A stretch of DNA of 59,421 bases, filler included, from Jimgerdemannia flammicorona (taxonomy: Eukaryota), in NCBI GenBank assembly GCA_003990765.1. It is 3 parts of 3 records of this genome, joined end to end, with 100 filler letters (N's around TTAATTAATTAA, not from the genome) between each part and the next. Parts side by side here need not be neighbours in the genome. Positions count along the whole stretch, not along the records: positions 19,843 to 39,583 come from RBNJ01001862.1; positions 39,684 to 59,421 come from RBNJ01001863.1; 1 more part is not named here. One strand, written 5' to 3'. Position 1 is the first letter of the stretch, and the number at the start of each line of letters is the position of its first letter. The translations under genes and the position numbers were made by a program. Positions 38,578 through 49,900 of the stretch are shown piece after piece. The notes beneath the pieces are model-generated. The model did not search any database, was not told where the DNA came from, and was given only the letters and a program-made list of their open reading frames with translations.

Positions 38578-39583
38578 GTTTACAAAAACGAGGGTTCTGT
38601 TTGGGATGGTAAAGAATTTGTTTTTTATATCCAAATCGTGGCGCAGCGTTGACGCGAGAAGTTCGTTTAGAGAGTTGAGTTCTGGATATATACATATTTT
38701 ATTTCACTTTATCAGCATGTAATACTTTGTAATTGTTGGTTCCATTTGTGGCAATGGTCATCTTAAAACCACATCACATATATGGAATACTTTGCGTCAT
38801 ATGTATGATATGGGTATATACTCAAATGTATGATACAGATATTCAATGTATGATGCCAGTACCTGTCGACCCTTATAGATTTGCCATCCCACACCCAAAT
38901 GCTTGAACGGGGCACGCCAAGTTTCAGGTGTAACGATTGGCGGGATGGTATATGAGGTTGCGGAGAACTTTCGTCGACGACGAGGCGCGGACATTAATAA
39001 CTGCTGATATCTGGGTTGTTCAAATTCCGATGGGGTGATGGCGTCGATTTGCAAGAGATGAAAGACGGACCACTGACCCGCTGAGAAGGAAGATGGTGTG
39101 GAGGGAGACTCAAGGAAGGCTGTGCCGTGTCGGCCAACGTGACAGAAGAACATGGTGGTTGAGGTAGGACGAGGGGCGTCGATTTGTTCGCGTCATCAAA
39201 AAAAAAAAAAAAAAATGACGAGTCCTGTCTGAGTAAAGACGACCGGATAATGAACTTGACGATCAACTATCGCTGAGTCGTATTTATATTATTTACGGGC
39301 TAAATTGTGAAAAAATAAATGCTCGGCATGACAGAAAACAAACCATGACTCAGAAAGTTGATGACCCGCGGGCGGAACCCTATTGCAATTACTATTTTGC
39401 AGGTTCATGCCACGAAGGGCGCCAAAATCAGGTTCTGGCTGGATTTTCCATCTGAGTCATAATTAGGAGAATATTCTAGCTACTAATGATACCGCCAACC
39501 CCTTCGCCGACGAAGTCCCACACGATATTGCTAGATCGTTCAGAGACGGAGGGCACAAAGCATGGCGTGTGACGGGAAAAAAA

Positions 39584-39683
39584 NNNNNNNNNNNNNNNNN
39601 NNNNNNNNNNNNNNNNNNNNNNNNNNNTTAATTAATTAANNNNNNNNNNNNNNNNNNNNNNNNNNNNNNNNNNNNNNNNNNNN
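39584..39683. other. Artificial contig linker (N44-TTAATTAATTAA-N44)
   Basis: Same 100-bp spacer as 19743-19842. Confidence 0.98.
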
Positions 39684-40329
39684 ATAAATTTCTGATATTA
39701 ATATATTATAATTTCAAATTTCAAATAAATATCTTTAAAATTCATAAAGTTATTAATTTTTAAAAATAGTTAAATATTTTTTTGTCTAATAACTATTTCT
39801 AGTTAGCGTAACTCAAGTTCAGCTATCTATCTATTAATAAGAATATGAGACCAGAATCTACAAAAGAAATTCTGACAGAAGCAAGAGTGGAGATCTTATT
39901 ATTACTATATTTACAACTATAATACTGATAGATTCAAGCTATTTTGAGATCTCTAATATCAAAAATAAGAAGGAGAATATCAATCTTTCAATCTTATAGA
40001 TAAAGAAAAAAGTAAACAGATTATATATAAGAGAGGAATTTAATCTCTTTATTTACCAATATTTAGATAGTAATATTAATTCTTAAAATTACAGCAATAT
40101 GAGACCATAAGAAGTAGATAAGATAGAAAATCTACAAGATAATCAACTTAGAGAAATTAAGCCTTAACTGACAGATTACTCAAACTTACTTATATATTAC
40201 TTAAGAGTTATAGATATAGAACTATATCATCTTTGAGTTATATTACTTAATATATAAATATACACTATTTGGAATAATAAACAATACTCTCTCTTCTACC
40301 TTCTTTATATTCCAACTAAGTTATAATAA

Positions 40330-42200
40330 AGGTTATGAGTCCAACTTAGTAGCTAATAAGAAATATCTCTCAAGACTATATACTACTCTATATCAAAATA
40401 TCAGTATAGATGAACTAAGAAATCAGTATAAGCATAATAAATACAGTTGGTACAGATACCCCCAGAGTGGGTAAAATAGTTACAGTTTTTGTAACAAATA
40501 TAAATATAGTCAAGAAGTCAATCCTAATCTTTGATGATAAGAATTATACTATTTAGATATTTTATATAAGCAATCTCCTAGAAGAATATAGCTTGACAGA
40601 GTATATAAAATCATAGATTTATATTTAAAATTATAATACTATAAATAATTAATAAGTATTATAAGAGATTACATTTAATTATCAAATCAATAAATCAAGC
40701 TTATAATGTATGCTATAGTAGTCTATAATATATAAAAGACTCCAAGAAATTATTATATATAAGTATTCTTATCAAATCAATTTCATCTGAAATCTCAGCT
40801 ATTCAATTTATAAATAAAACCAAGAGAGAGTATCTATAAATATACTGATCATATTGATAATCTAGTGAATCAGGTAAATTCTTTAAGCATATTAACAGAA
40901 TATATCAGTAATAAAGATAATATTCTAAGCCTTATAAGAGATCTCTCTAAGGCATATAATATCATAGTAACAGCTATGTACAAGAATAGAAAGCTTGTAG
41001 ACTACAACTATATAATAATAAGTCTCATTAATAAAGAGATTTATTAAGGAAATGATTATAACAATAATGATAAAAAAGTATTTTATAGATTATATAGATA
41101 AGATAAGAAGTGTTAATAAGATCAAAAATGTAAAATATTTCATAGAAACCATATTACTATTGTAAGTATAGATATATACAGAATAATTACTATTATAAGG
41201 ATAAGGAGAATAATAATAATAAGTATAAAAGTCAGTATTAGTAATATGAAAGTAATTGAAAGAAATGTGATAATAAAGAGCAACATAATGCAAATACTAT
41301 TAAAACTGAAAAAAATTATAGTAGAGACATATTCTATATATAATAATATATATTAAGTATTTGAAGATAATATTATCCATTTTTATATATAAGCCATATA
41401 CGTTTTAGCCAATAAAAAATAATAGTAAATAACTCTATAGAAATATTGTAAAGTTTGCTAGTACTTTCTAAAATATATTATATACTCTAAAGAGAGAAAT
41501 AGTATATAGTTTTAAAATGATAAGTATATTATAATATAGTTGAAATAAGATAATCTTTATATAATCAATAGTATACTAAGTAATACAAAACTCTCTATAT
41601 ATATAGTAACTATATCTAATATATCTAACATATAGTATTAATACTTAAGATATATAGAGAAATGGAGTCTGGAAAGGATAATTAGAACTTGATCTATATA
41701 AAGATTATTAGTAATATATATCAATAATAACTTCTATATAAATTATATTGCAAACTAAATATTCTGATATCTATTTAAGAAATGGATGAAATGTATATAT
41801 AGTATATTTAATTTAATCTATATAGATATATATGGTCTGATGTATACTACTTTCTATAGAGAGAAGAGATATTTTATCATATTTATCAATAACTATATAT
41901 ATAAGATATATGTATATTTCTTATCAGGAAAGTGTAAATTCTTAGAGAAATTCAAAGAGTTCGAAGTCATTATGGTAAATAAAACAGAATATATAATATA
42001 TAATATATGCTCAGATAATAAAAGTAAATATATCCATAATGTATGAGAAAATATGATATATATCATTAGACAACAGTACTATATACACAATAGCAGAATA
42101 GTATAACTGAGTATTTTAATGATATGATTATAGAAATGTTATATATGATGATTAAAATGACTGGACTATTATATTCTTATTAGATTGAAACTATTAATAA
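40330..42200 (+). mobile_element. Very decayed Ty1/Copia element (PBS, gag, integrase)
   Basis: PBS-like AGGTTATGAGTCC at 40330 (cf. copia GGTTATG[A/G]GCCC) and gag-like 40865-41047. The integrase 41786-42046 reads LIYIDIYGLM...RYFIIFINNY...VYFL...KFKEF...SDNKSKY (cf. LIHSDxCGP...YFxxFIDDY...LRSDNGGEY). Boundaries are approximate. Confidence 0.8.
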
Positions 42201-44828
42201 ATAATATCAACTAAGATTATAAGTCAATGAATATGCAATAATTAGTTTACTTGTAGTCATAGGTTAGGTACAAGATATAGAGGTCTTATATTATATTTGT
42301 ATTTCAGTTCTAAACATTTAGTATCAGAGATATTTAGTACCATAGTGATTTAGTACCAAAGAAAAGAATAATTGATATAAATAATGTAGTCTATAGTACT
42401 TGTTAAGACATATACTACTTAGATATATATATCAGTTACTTAACAAAATAGCACTCATTCACTCTTCCACTCATTACCTTTCTTCTTATATACTCTTAGT
42501 TATTAATATTTGTATATTATGCCAATACAATCTCTCTTCTCATGGTCAATAAAAAATCAGCTTACTTTATATCTACACTATACTGATCTCTTCTTTATTA
42601 AGTGAGTTCTATGTTTCCTCTATGAGAGTCCTAATGAAGACACTGATGATGCCAACATTGTAGTATCCTATCTTATGAATATTCAATCTCAAACTATTAA
42701 GGAAGCAGTTCTATCACATACTACTCTATGTATATTTCTATCTATATAGTATCTATGCAGTCTAGCCCAATACTCTCTCTTGTTTTAGATGATATTATGA
42801 ACTGCTTTACTAAATAAAACTACCACCTCAATGACCATTTCAATCTAATTCATCTCAATCAGACTTCTGTCCCTCAACTAATTCACTCAGTACAACCCCC
42901 TCTCATCAATAGTAGTATTACCCTTAATCATACCACTATCTCATTCTCTACTGCTCTATCCACTGCCCCTTCTCCACACATGCCACCAGATTTTGATATC
43001 TTGGCTGGTAAATTACCATCTCTTTCTTTACCAGTTACAGTTATTCAAAATATCAATCTCTCTTTAAAGTATAGACATATCAATCAATATCTTCTAGCTA
43101 TTTTGGTCAATAACTCATTCCAGGTATCAGAAATTAGTTAGTTGCTGGAATACTATTTAACATTGAGTGTCCCTATAAATGAGCACTAATTTGTCAAATC
43201 TCTGAATAAATTGAGCATATATATTATTACTAAGAAAGCTACCTCTCTATTTAAAAATCTCTCAGACATCTCTATCTTTATCTCTAGCCTACTTATATAC
43301 TGTAGCATTATTCATAATACCTATCCAGAACTAACTAAACTTATGCCATTCCTCTCTTATACTATCAACTTTGTCTCTCTGATAGCTACATTACTCTAGT
43401 ATACACTACTTAACTATTATATTGTCTTTCATAATAAATATATTGCTGAAGTCACCCATAATTGTATTTTGGCTATATGGTACTACTGTTGGACTAAATA
43501 TAACCATGATCTATTCATGTCTCTGAGATTTCATCAAAAGCCACTGGTACCTGTCACTACTATAGTCTTGTTTTCTAAATCATTATATTATGTATATTAG
43601 ATGTTTCCCTCAATATATACTATTCACAGCTCTAGACCCTCCAAACTTCTACTGATATACCATAACTACAATAGCTCTCTTTCTGATAGTACTCCAATAT
43701 AGGACTCTAGCTACCACTAGTCAAATATATTTATGCTTATATATGTTCAAAGTGTGGCTTCAACTACACTTAACTAGAGTATCTCAACAACTCTCTAGGA
43801 ACTTACTCTCAACTATGCAATACTCACTAGCAATATCCTTCTACAGCCAGTTCTGAAAACCTGTCTTCATTGTCCTCTCTCTATACTCCTCATTATTGCT
43901 ATCTGTGAAATTCAAGCTTACTTACCTCCACTCTCCTCTGCTCTCTAACTAGCTGTCTGAACAATAGCTCTCACTATATATCCAGACCAGGATCTTGCTC
44001 AAACTGCTATCAATACTATTTCTCAAGACATTCTTATAGACTTAAATAGTACTCAGTACAATCAGATTGGTATTAACCACTAGTCTATACTAAAGCAATC
44101 TTTAAGGACACTATCTGGAAAGTAGTAGCTGGTCATGTCTGTAGCTCTTCCTCAATTCTACCATTCTTCCTATTTCACTCCTTACCTCTAGGCATAATTA
44201 CAAAGAGAAATTCATTATCCAAATGGTAAAATATCTATGATCTCTCCTGGCCCCAACATAGTCTCTCTATTAATACTAATATTAATACAGATATCTATCT
44301 CATATTCTACATATGTTTTGATATGGTCTGGACCTTATCAGAATTTTAGTTAGAGCTGCCTACTTTCTAAAGTAGACCTCACTGATGCTTATCATTATAT
44401 ATATATCCATCTATTAGATTGAGAATTACTTAGATTTGAATAGTTAGGATAGTACTACTTTGACTGCTACCTCCTGTTTGATACCAGCTCTTCTCTATTC
44501 TCATTCAATATCTTTGCTAAGCTGCTCATATAGATTGCTCATCACTAAGGCCTCCAATATTTCTTTCATTATAAGGATGATTTTATTCTTATATCACTAT
44601 TAAATATTCTCTCCCTCATATCCTCTAATTGCTCTCAGTTTCTTCACCTCTGTCACTATCTTGGATAGATAATGTAACTGTATAAAATCATCAGACCATT
44701 GATATATAATATCTTTCTGAGTATCAAACTAGATATAGTTAATATGAAGATATATTCTCTAGCTAGCAAACTCTCTGACATTATAGACAAGCTTTGCCAA
44801 TGGCCATCTCAATATACTTACTCTCAAA
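42200..44828 (+). mobile_element. Decayed DIRS/Ngaro-like (tyrosine-recombinase class) retrotransposon: gag-like region and RT; truncated by Gypsy-4
   Basis: At ~44180-44760: PLGIITK...KW*NIYDLSWP...KVDLTDAY..I.IH..D*ELL.FE*LG*YYFD.YLLF..SSS...F..FA..L.*I...HYKDDF, the DIRS-type RT signature. The recombinase is not in view and the left boundary is approximate. Confidence 0.75.
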
Positions 44829-46124
44829 TATAATATAATATGCCCAGCTCAATAGAGGTAAATTACAAGATTGAGAGTTGATATAGTTTGGCTTAAGCCC
44901 ACAGTTACTTTGTCAAAAAGCAACAAAATGTTCTGTGATTTCTCATTAGTATTTAGTAGTATAATAGTCAATTTGGATATAATAGTTAATTTTCTTATAG
45001 GGATAGTTCTTAGGTATAGCAACAATTTCAGATTTCTTATACAGAATGATCTGATAATTTAGTAGTTTCTTCTTAAGTGATGGGTGATCTCTATATAGTT
45101 TATCAATCTCCAAAAGTATGCAATTTCTGTTATAATGATCTTTATGTGATCATCTTAGTGATACTATTTATACTAATTTGGTATTGAACTCAATTTGGTA
45201 CAGATTCTCCTGAATTGGCAGACTTCTTGAGTATAGTAGATAACTTGGATAACTTGGATAATACAGATTCTTCCTGAATCAGCTCTTCTGGAAAATTACT
45301 CAGATAGTTAACAACTTGATAACTCAGATATTTTGGATAACTTTGATAACTCAGATAATTCAGATATCTTGGGTAACTCAGATGGTGGATTCTTGACAAG
45401 CTATATCAATAATTGACTTCATTTGTATGGGGTTACATTATAGATATACTCTACTGTAAAGTTATTTCAGATAGATGGCTTGTGGTAAGATTCCTATGCA
45501 AGTTCTCTGAAAATAGTGGATTCTTCTCTTCTAGCTTATCTGGTAAGTAAACCAAAATATAACAAACTCTTCTTTATATCAGAAAGTAGACTAGAGTGGA
45601 AAGTAAGCTCACAATCTCCTAGTAAGGGCTTTAGAGTAGGTATTTCTCCTAAATATTGCAATACTTCCTAGATCAATTGGCTTTTCACAGACATATCTCT
45701 TGAAGAGTAGTAGGCAGACTTATCTTTTGCTTTTGAACTTTTCAGACTCTTCCTTATATCAGAAAGCAAACTGGAGTTAAAATGTATTCTTAATTTCAGA
45801 CTGAGGTTTATTCACTCTTATCTCTGAGATATTTTATATAGTTGTGATTACTATCTGGTTACTATATAGCTAATTATAGATAAATACCTATTATAAGTGT
45901 TTCTGAATTATATAGTATTCCTGAACAGATATAGTATACTAGACCAGTATAGTGTCCTGGTTCAGTATAGTATACTGGTTCAGAAATAGATAAATATACT
46001 ATTTCTAGTATCTCTGACCAATTATACAGATTGGTGTAATAAAGCAGTCTTAGTTGCCTAGTGTACTAGATATAATATATAACTAATTTATAATTTTGGT
46101 GGTATACTTCTGCTAGTCATTACA
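44829..46124 (-). repeat. Probable 3' LTR of Gypsy-4; left boundary uncertain
   Basis: Starts TGTAATGACT after a decayed purine tract. It contains ~20-bp tandem repeats (45900-45985) and then the TATA + AATAAA block shared with family I LTRs (45801-45840). The left end is placed where the DIRS RT reading stops. Confidence 0.55.
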
Positions 46125-46164
46125 TCAGTCTCTAATAAAGGATATTCTGTTCTTAGATTATCTT

Positions 46165-46569
46165 TTAGTTATCATTCTAATATATATAAGCATCCTCAGC
46201 ATCAATATCTAAAATCTCATCTTCATTTGCATTCAAGTTACTCTATTCAACAGATTCTTCCTCTTTCTCTGAGAATGGAATTTCAAGATAGTTGATGATA
46301 CTCAGATAGGTAGCAGAATTTATTCCTTATATATCATTCAGAAAGAACTGTACCTGTATCATTGCTGGAGTATTTCATTTATAGATTGTATATAGTCTGT
46401 CTATAGCAATAGTATTTATTTAATTCAGACCAGTGGAGTTTCTAATATAGATCAGGTCTGAAGCTGGAAGGTTTTGTAACTATTCTCTAATTACATAGTA
46501 GACCTGTAGCTAGTAGACTTGTAGTAGGTACCTGGTAAATGTGAGGTTCTTCTGATGGATTTGATTCAT
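46165..46569 (-). pseudogene. Decayed accessory ORF (~135 codons) between integrase and PPT of Gypsy-4
   Basis: ATG at 46569 opens a single frame whose stops are all TAG/TAA/TGA explicable as C-to-T or G-to-A changes. It has an acidic tail and resembles the Gypsy-2 LTR ORF. Confidence 0.5.
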
Positions 46570-49509
46570 TCAAGGGAATTTCTATTGGCTTGGAAGAATT
46601 GTGGTAGGGGAATCTAGAGATACTGGTCAATTGTCTGATTTATAATATAGAGAGACATATATCTTGAGGCAGTTGATATGTACTAGTGTTCTCAGAGTTT
46701 ATTTCTCCATACTTCTTAAATAGATATTAGTTTCTCTGATATTGTATATAAGATAAGATCCTTCCTATTTGGGCTCCAATTTGGTAGCAAAGTTTGTTAC
46801 AATTATACTTCTCTAAACTAGTACTTGATCTCTAATCTTAATCTTCTGATTCTTCTGCTTCTAGTTATAGTACCTCTTTTGACTTTCTTGGGCCTTTATA
46901 ATCTGAACTCTGGCTTGATTATGTAACTGTTCTGCCTTCTTGAGAAGATCTCTGAGGTTCTCATGGTCAGTAGTTCTGGCTTTTTTTTAGCAAACATCAT
47001 CTCAAATGACTTTGGTTTAGTAGAGGCAGCAGGGGTGTCCTGAAATTTCCATAGAATCTCAGATAAGCAGAGATCCTAGTTGATAGAATTAACTTAGGTA
47101 AATCCTTTCAAGACAGTCTGATTCATTCATTCTATCATACTGTTGGTCTAAGAGTAGTATGATATAGTTCTTTTGAGATAGCTCTTATAAATTCAGATAT
47201 AACTTATGATTATAATGTTGATGAATTCTGTGCCTTAGTCAGAGATGAGTTCTTCTAGATGTCTATATCTGAGTATGAGCCTATAGAGGAGGCCAATGAT
47301 GGTCAAGACATCTGTAATTTCCATTGAAAAGGCTTCAGACTACTTGGTCAGATATTCTACAAATATTAGGATATATTTATTCCTTTTTGATATAACTAGT
47401 AGAGGTCTAATTACATCTACTCCCTATCTCTTGAAGATATTGTCTAATAGTGTAATTAGTTACAATAGTGCTTGATAGTTCTTCTTCCCTTGATACTTCG
47501 GGCAGGTATTATATTTCTTGAATATGTCCTGAACTTGTATTCTGAGTTTGGGCCAATATTAGTATATTATATGTAGCTTTTCTTCTACATTTACCTGTTC
47601 TCGGTAAGCCTCCTAGTGTTCTTTTCAGATGAGATCTTCTTGTGCTTTAATAGTCAAAAGAGCCTCCTTTAGAGTGCAGTTTATTGGTATATCTTTTTTA
47701 TAATTCATTGGAGTTAGCAGGAAAGTACATCAATATTATTGTGAGATTTTCCTACTTTGTAGATAATGATGATATTGTAATCTTGAAGAATAAGAAACTA
47801 GTAGACCAGGATTCCAATAGGTTCCTTATGGTTAAATAGTTATTTGAGAGTAGTATGGTCAGTTATCAGAGTGAACTTTTTCTAATAAGATAATGTTTGA
47901 ACAGAGTAACTGCCCATATAACTGTAAGGCATTTCAGTTGGTTGCTACTATAGTTGGTTTGCTGCTGATTGGTTGCTTAACTTATATAAGCTATTATATA
48001 GTACTGTTGATCAGATCCTTCTTAGGCTAGAACTGCTCTGAGGCCATCTTTGAAGATATCTGTATATAAGATGAATGGCTTCTGTAGATTGGGCCAGATC
48101 AGGATTTGTACTGTAATTATGCAGTGCTTGAGTTTCTTGAAGGCTTTCTCTTATAATTCTGTCTATTTATAAGGTACTTCTTTCTTGTAAAGGATTTGGA
48201 TTAGAGTAGTAATTTGGACAAAGTTCTTGATAAATCTTCTATAATAGAATATCAATATTAGGAATAATAATGTTTTCTTCAGAGTCTTAGATACTGGCCA
48301 ATTGTTGATCTTCTCAGTTTTCTTAGGGTCTGTATGGATTCATTCTTACAAAACTATAAATCTAAGAAATTCAAGTTTCCATTTCCCAAAGTAGCATTTT
48401 TTGACATTAAGTCTCAGATAATTCTTATAAGTAAGCTTGAAGAATTCTTCTAGATAGTATAGGTATTCTTCAAAATTTGCTGAGTATATATTGATATCAT
48501 CTATATACACAATCAGACAGTAGTGGATTAATGGGCTATAGACTGAGTTCATCATTCTTTAGAAGGTGGGAGATGTATTGCAAAGTCCAAAGAGCATTAG
48601 AGATATTTGAACAATTTTTCTAGAGCAAGAATAACTGTCTTTTAAATATCCATAGGGTCTATGAAGATCTCATGGAATCCTGTGAAATGGTCTATACTGC
48701 TGAAGTATCTGGTATCTTGTAACTGATCTAAGAGATTATCAATTCTGGGCAATGAATAGGTATCTTTTTCAGTGACTGAATTGAGTTACTGTAGTCTATG
48801 TAGAGACTTCATCTTTCTTTCTTTGGTATAATAAGTATAGGGCTGGCCCAGGAGCTGGTAGAGGGTTGGATGACTCTATTGTCTAAAAGTTCCTAAATGT
48901 GTTTCTTTTTTAATATTTTTAGATGATGGAGTAATCTATAGAATTTCTGCCAGATAGATGTTATATTTCCTATATTTACACTATGGTGGTATGATGGGTG
49001 GTATGGCAGGTTGCCATAAAAGTAGTGAAGATAGCTTGATATTTATGAAGAAGTTCTACTAGTTATTGCTATTGCTGAGGTGTCAATTCCTCTGGAAGGC
49101 TTTACTGTCTCCTAGTTCACAGAGGGGCCTTTTCTTTCTTCTGAGACCTTTTGCTATTTTTCAATAGGTTTATCTCACAGACCTCTCTGTGGGTTTGATT
49201 GAGGAAGGGCACTTGATGTCCTATGATGATTTCTTTTGACAAGATGATGCTTTCTTAGCTCTGGTTGGTTGGTTGAGAATGTATGAGATTCATCTTATCA
49301 GGAAATGTATATCTCTTAATTTTTAGGTTCAGAATATCTTTATTAGATTCGAAGAAGAGGTTTTGGGAGTTGGTTAGTATAAAGATTTCAAAGATGGTCT
49401 GCTCTCTAGGTTCCAGAATGAGATTCTTATACAATTTAACTAGGTAGTGATATACTTACTAGAGGGCATCCTTCTTAAGGTGGTTGACCTAGAGAAGATT
49501 TACTTTCTT

Positions 49510-49900
49510 CTTGCCTGAGCTTCCAAATCCTTCAGCTTATCTTATTCCTTTGATCAGTTTGGAAACTTCTTATAATTGAGGGGGTCTTGACCTTCATGAA
49601 GACTGCTTGAGCAATCTTCTAACATCTAAGAATTCAGTAATATTCTGTACTACTGTTATGCAAGATCTTGATTTCAACCCTATACTCCAGGTCTATGGTT
49701 CCTTCTCCTTGTCTGGTAAGTCCAGATCTTGAGGTCAGCTGAATGTAAGTTCCTTTGGATGGCTATATGACTAGTCTGGGGCTGAATACTGATATTCTTC
49801 CAGACTTGATGAGTTCATTGTCCAGACTATAGAGGTCATATCCTATATCTTCTTGGTGAGCTTTGGTCATAGGTTGGGCTTTGAAATATAGTAAGATATA
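49510..49900 (-). pseudogene. dut: Gypsy-4 dUTPase domain
   Basis: IGYDLYS, IQLTSRSGL, GTIDLEYRVEIKI, IAQAVF and R*AEGFGSSG. Confidence 0.85.

Noticed and set aside
39340..39460. Two TGA(C/G)TCA AP-1/Gcn4-like sites
   Set aside because: These are short motifs with no defined TSS or conservation evidence.
45190..45400. Short periodic repeats (GATAACTCAGATA / GATAACTTG) and a 69-aa repetitive ORF
   Set aside because: Degenerate 9-18 bp tandem repeats in a probable LTR. There are no unique spacers or cas genes, so it is not CRISPR, and coding is not supported.
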